Shown: piece after piece, positions 16,832 through 18,961 of the stretch
Layout of the letters: each line of letters begins with the position of its first letter
How positions within the stretch are numbered: the first letter of the stretch is position 1
The notes under the pieces: generated by a model
The model's input: the letters and a program-made list of their open reading frames with translations, nothing else
Told to the model about the DNA's origin: nothing
Databases searched by the model: none
DNA from: Promethearchaeati archaeon
GTDB taxonomy: Archaea > Asgardarchaeota > Heimdallarchaeia > Heimdallarchaeales > Heimdallarchaeaceae
DNA length: 18,961 bases
NCBI GenBank assembly: GCA_013166775.1
Contig: JABLTJ010000045.1
Coordinates: forward strand, 1-18,961
Direction of reading: 5' to 3'
Made by a program: the position numbers and the translations under genes

Positions 16832-17407
16832 CTACTGATGTTCGATTGTCATTCTCTCGAAATACTGTGAAATACTCTCAGTAAGAAGAGAGAAGACTTG
16901 TTCAACATTTAAACCAGTCTTAGCAGAAGTTTCCATGTAAGGAACATAAAAACCAGACCATTGAGAAAGTTGATCAGCATACTCCATAGCATATTCTTTA
17001 GGAACAGCGTAAGGAGTGGAATCACGAAGATCAGCTTTGTTGCCAATAAGAACAAGGGGAACAATACGATTTTTATTGTTACGAATGAGCTCATGAAGCC
17101 AATTAGGTAAAATTTCGTAAGTTTCAGGACGGGAAATGTCAAAGACTAATAAAGCACCAGCAGTACCACGATAATAGACCTCACGAACAGCAGAAAAACG
17201 CTGTTGACCAGCAAGATCCCAAATTTGAAGAGTATATTCAGTTTGATTGAGAGTCATCTTCTTGACAGCAAAATCCGCGCCAATTGTCATCATGTATCCC
17301 TCTTTAAAGCTCTCTCCCAGGTATCTACGCCTTAAACTTGTTTTCCCTACTGCCCCTTCTCCTAACAGTGTTATTTTAAATATTCTCTGGCTCACTGTAC
17401 CCACCAT
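16832..17407 (-). CDS. Rab-like small GTPase (Ras superfamily, Asgard eukaryotic-signature protein)
   Basis: G1 GEGAVGKT, TIGADF, LQIWDLAGQQRF, YYRGT, LVFDIS, G4 NKAD, G5 ETSAK. Confidence 0.95.
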   Translation of the reverse strand: MVGTVSQRIFKITLLGEGAVGKTSLRRRYLGESFKEGYMMTIGADFAVKKMTLNQTEYTLQIWDLAGQQRFSAVREVYYRGTAGALLVFDISRPETYEILPNWLHELIRNNKNRIVPLVLIGNKADLRDSTPYAVPKEYAMEYADQLSQWSGFYVPYMETSAKTGLNVEQVFSLLTESISQYFERMTIEHQ

Positions 17408-17602
17408 TTACCCTAGCTATAACTCTGCTTTTTTTCTATTTAAACAATTTGTTATAGGGAATCAAAGTCTAGAACCTCTCAGAATGGATATTCTTTTAGT
17501 TTCTAGCTCTTTTTCATTCTACTTTCTTCCTCCCCTATTAAAACCTTTCATTTTTTCTAGGTTTTTCTTCTCTTCTTCTCTTTATCTTAGAAGTAATCTT
17601 TC

Positions 17603-18310
17603 CTATTTCTTGCTCTCTTTCCATTTTTCTATTATCTTTTCTTTATAATACTCCATTCCTTTTGGTATTTCTTCTTCTCTTATCTTTTCCCCTTCCCACT
17701 CTATTTTCACTTTTCCATTTCCTATTCCTAGATAGCTCAGTTCTTTGCAATTCGCTAGTGGTGCCAAATCTATTTTTTCTATTCTATTAAAACTCATACT
17801 TAGAAATCTTAGTTTTGTACATTTTTCTAGCGGTTTTAAATCAACCTTTTTTATATAGTTATCCTCAAACGATAATGATTCTAACTTCCTACTTTCTGCT
17901 AGTGGTTCTAAATCTATCTCCTTTAAATTTACTTGATTTATTCCCAATCTTTTCAATTCTTTACATTCTGCTAGTGGTGTAAGGTCTATCTCATTTAATG
18001 GATTATACGACACATCTAGCCATCGCAATTTTTTACAAGCAGATAATGGTTGTAGATTTATTTTTTTCAATTCATTTTCACTTAAATGAAGAGCTTCGAA
18101 GTCTTCACATTTTGATAGTTGTGTCAAGTTTATGTCTTTTAGCTTGTTATATTCCAAATTTAATTTTCTGATTTTTCTTACTTTACCTAGAGGAGTTAAA
18201 TTTATTTTTGCTAAGCTTTCATGTGCTAGCCTTATTCTCTCCACTTCATCCTCAAATTCATATTCTCTCTCTTTTCCGTATATATCCTTCCCTTTTAAAA
18301 CAATCATCAT
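17603..18310 (-). CDS. Leucine-rich repeat protein (22-aa repeats, about 8 units)
   Basis: Repeating N.L.EIDL.PL..C..L..L.L pattern. Confidence 0.92.
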   Translation of the reverse strand: MMIVLKGKDIYGKEREYEFEDEVERIRLAHESLAKINLTPLGKVRKIRKLNLEYNKLKDINLTQLSKCEDFEALHLSENELKKINLQPLSACKKLRWLDVSYNPLNEIDLTPLAECKELKRLGINQVNLKEIDLEPLAESRKLESLSFEDNYIKKVDLKPLEKCTKLRFLSMSFNRIEKIDLAPLANCKELSYLGIGNGKVKIEWEGEKIREEEIPKGMEYYKEKIIEKWKESKK

Positions 18311-18421
18311 TTTTTTGCTTCCTAAATTCCTGCTTTTAATTTTCTTCTCTTATTCCTATTCTCTTTTGTGAATTTAAGCTTTGTGTGGCAGAAAAAGTAC
18401 AGCTGAGTGAAAATATTTCTC

Positions 18422-18790
18422 TTATTCTCCTCCGAACGATCTCCAGTTTTTCACCAGCCACTCATATATTTTCATATACTTTTCATCTGCTACTGTCTTC
18501 ACCAGTGTATGCAGCAGTTCCTCCTCTATCTTCTGCAGATATTTCATCAACAGATTGTTATTGTTCGGTAACATCCATGCCCTTGATGGTTCTATTTTTT
18601 TGTCTGTTAATCCTTGGAACGAGTATATTCCCATTCTCAGTTGCTTCCCTCCGTATTCCACCATTCCTCCTTCTTTGAACACGAAATTCTTCGCTGCACT
18701 TTCTCCTATGAATCTGAATTCCTTTTTCCCTACTTTCACCCATTTATAGAATTCATCGTAGTTTCTCCCGTATTCATTCAGTAAAATCAA
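18422..18790 (-). CDS. Hypothetical protein with no recognised family
   Basis: 122-aa ORF with protein-like composition, TTG start, co-oriented with the LRR gene. Confidence 0.6.
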   Translation of the reverse strand: MILLNEYGRNYDEFYKWVKVGKKEFRFIGESAAKNFVFKEGGMVEYGGKQLRMGIYSFQGLTDKKIEPSRAWMLPNNNNLLMKYLQKIEEELLHTLVKTVADEKYMKIYEWLVKNWRSFGGE

Positions 18791-18960
18791 GCTAAGAATA
18801 GAGAGAGAGGGAGCCTTACCCTTTTACGGTTCTTTTCTCTCTTGTTTTTGCTTCCTCTCTTCTCATTCTTTAGAGTACCTAGGCTGTAGATAATCCGTTT
18901 TTCTTCCACAGTGGATATGATCCCAGACCTGTGTAAGCGTGAAGTTGGAGAGAATAGACC
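18787..18960 (-). CDS. Possible 3' end of a gene entering from the window edge
   Basis: The frame is open from the edge (GLFSPTSRLHRSGIISTVEEKRIIYSLG...) to a TGA that overlaps the TTG of 18422..18790 (TTGA coupling). A second frame is also open, to 18863. Confidence 0.3.
   Translation of the reverse strand, partial: GLFSPTSRLHRSGIISTVEEKRIIYSLGTLKNEKRGSKNKREKNRKRVRLPLSLFLA
18794..18870. repeat. Imperfect inverted repeat directly upstream of the 122-aa ORF
   Basis: aagaatagagagagagggagc 18794-18814 pairs with gcttcctctcttctcattctt 18850-18870, about 19 bp with bulges. Confidence 0.45.
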
Positions 18961-18961
18961 A

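Noticed and set aside
8922-18749. Other short overlapping ORFs (8922, 10070, 10671, 12341, 13622, 15256, 16909, 17247, 18132, 18385, 18555, 18558)
   Set aside because: They overlap stronger genes or are F/L/S-rich translations of pyrimidine-rich strands

Overview
AT-rich archaeal DNA that looks like Asgard archaea, probably Heimdallarchaeia. This is inferred from a Rab-like small GTPase, a membrane-anchored RING-H2 protein, a 22-aa LRR protein, a wHTH regulator of a family expanded in these archaea, TATA-box leaderless promoters and several surface proteins with a C-terminal TM helix plus basic tail. The left half holds surface and transport genes: a 7-repeat beta-propeller/FN3 protein, a MacB/FtsX-type ABC pair, a Pol-beta nucleotidyltransferase, a frameshifted NosD-like beta-helix protein and an AmpC-family serine hydrolase. 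The right half holds a Zn-finger/TM and Zn-finger/TM/RING paralog pair, an alpha/beta hydrolase, a wHTH regulator facing a small-ORF unit, a MoaD/SAMP-like protein, a ComD/ComE-like split ThDP decarboxylase, the Rab-like GTPase and the LRR protein. No rRNA, tRNA, CRISPR array, transposase or integrase was seen. The most unexplained signals are non-coding. They are twin palindromic operators flanking a TATA box (13966-14025), a long structured element before a strong SD and a CxxC micro-ORF (14401-14652), a tandem pair of homologous hairpins with a compensatory change (15132-15322), a pseudoknot-shaped leader before a gene split at A_AAA_AAG (980-1437), and a uORF/hairpin leader on the ABC operon (7611-7676).
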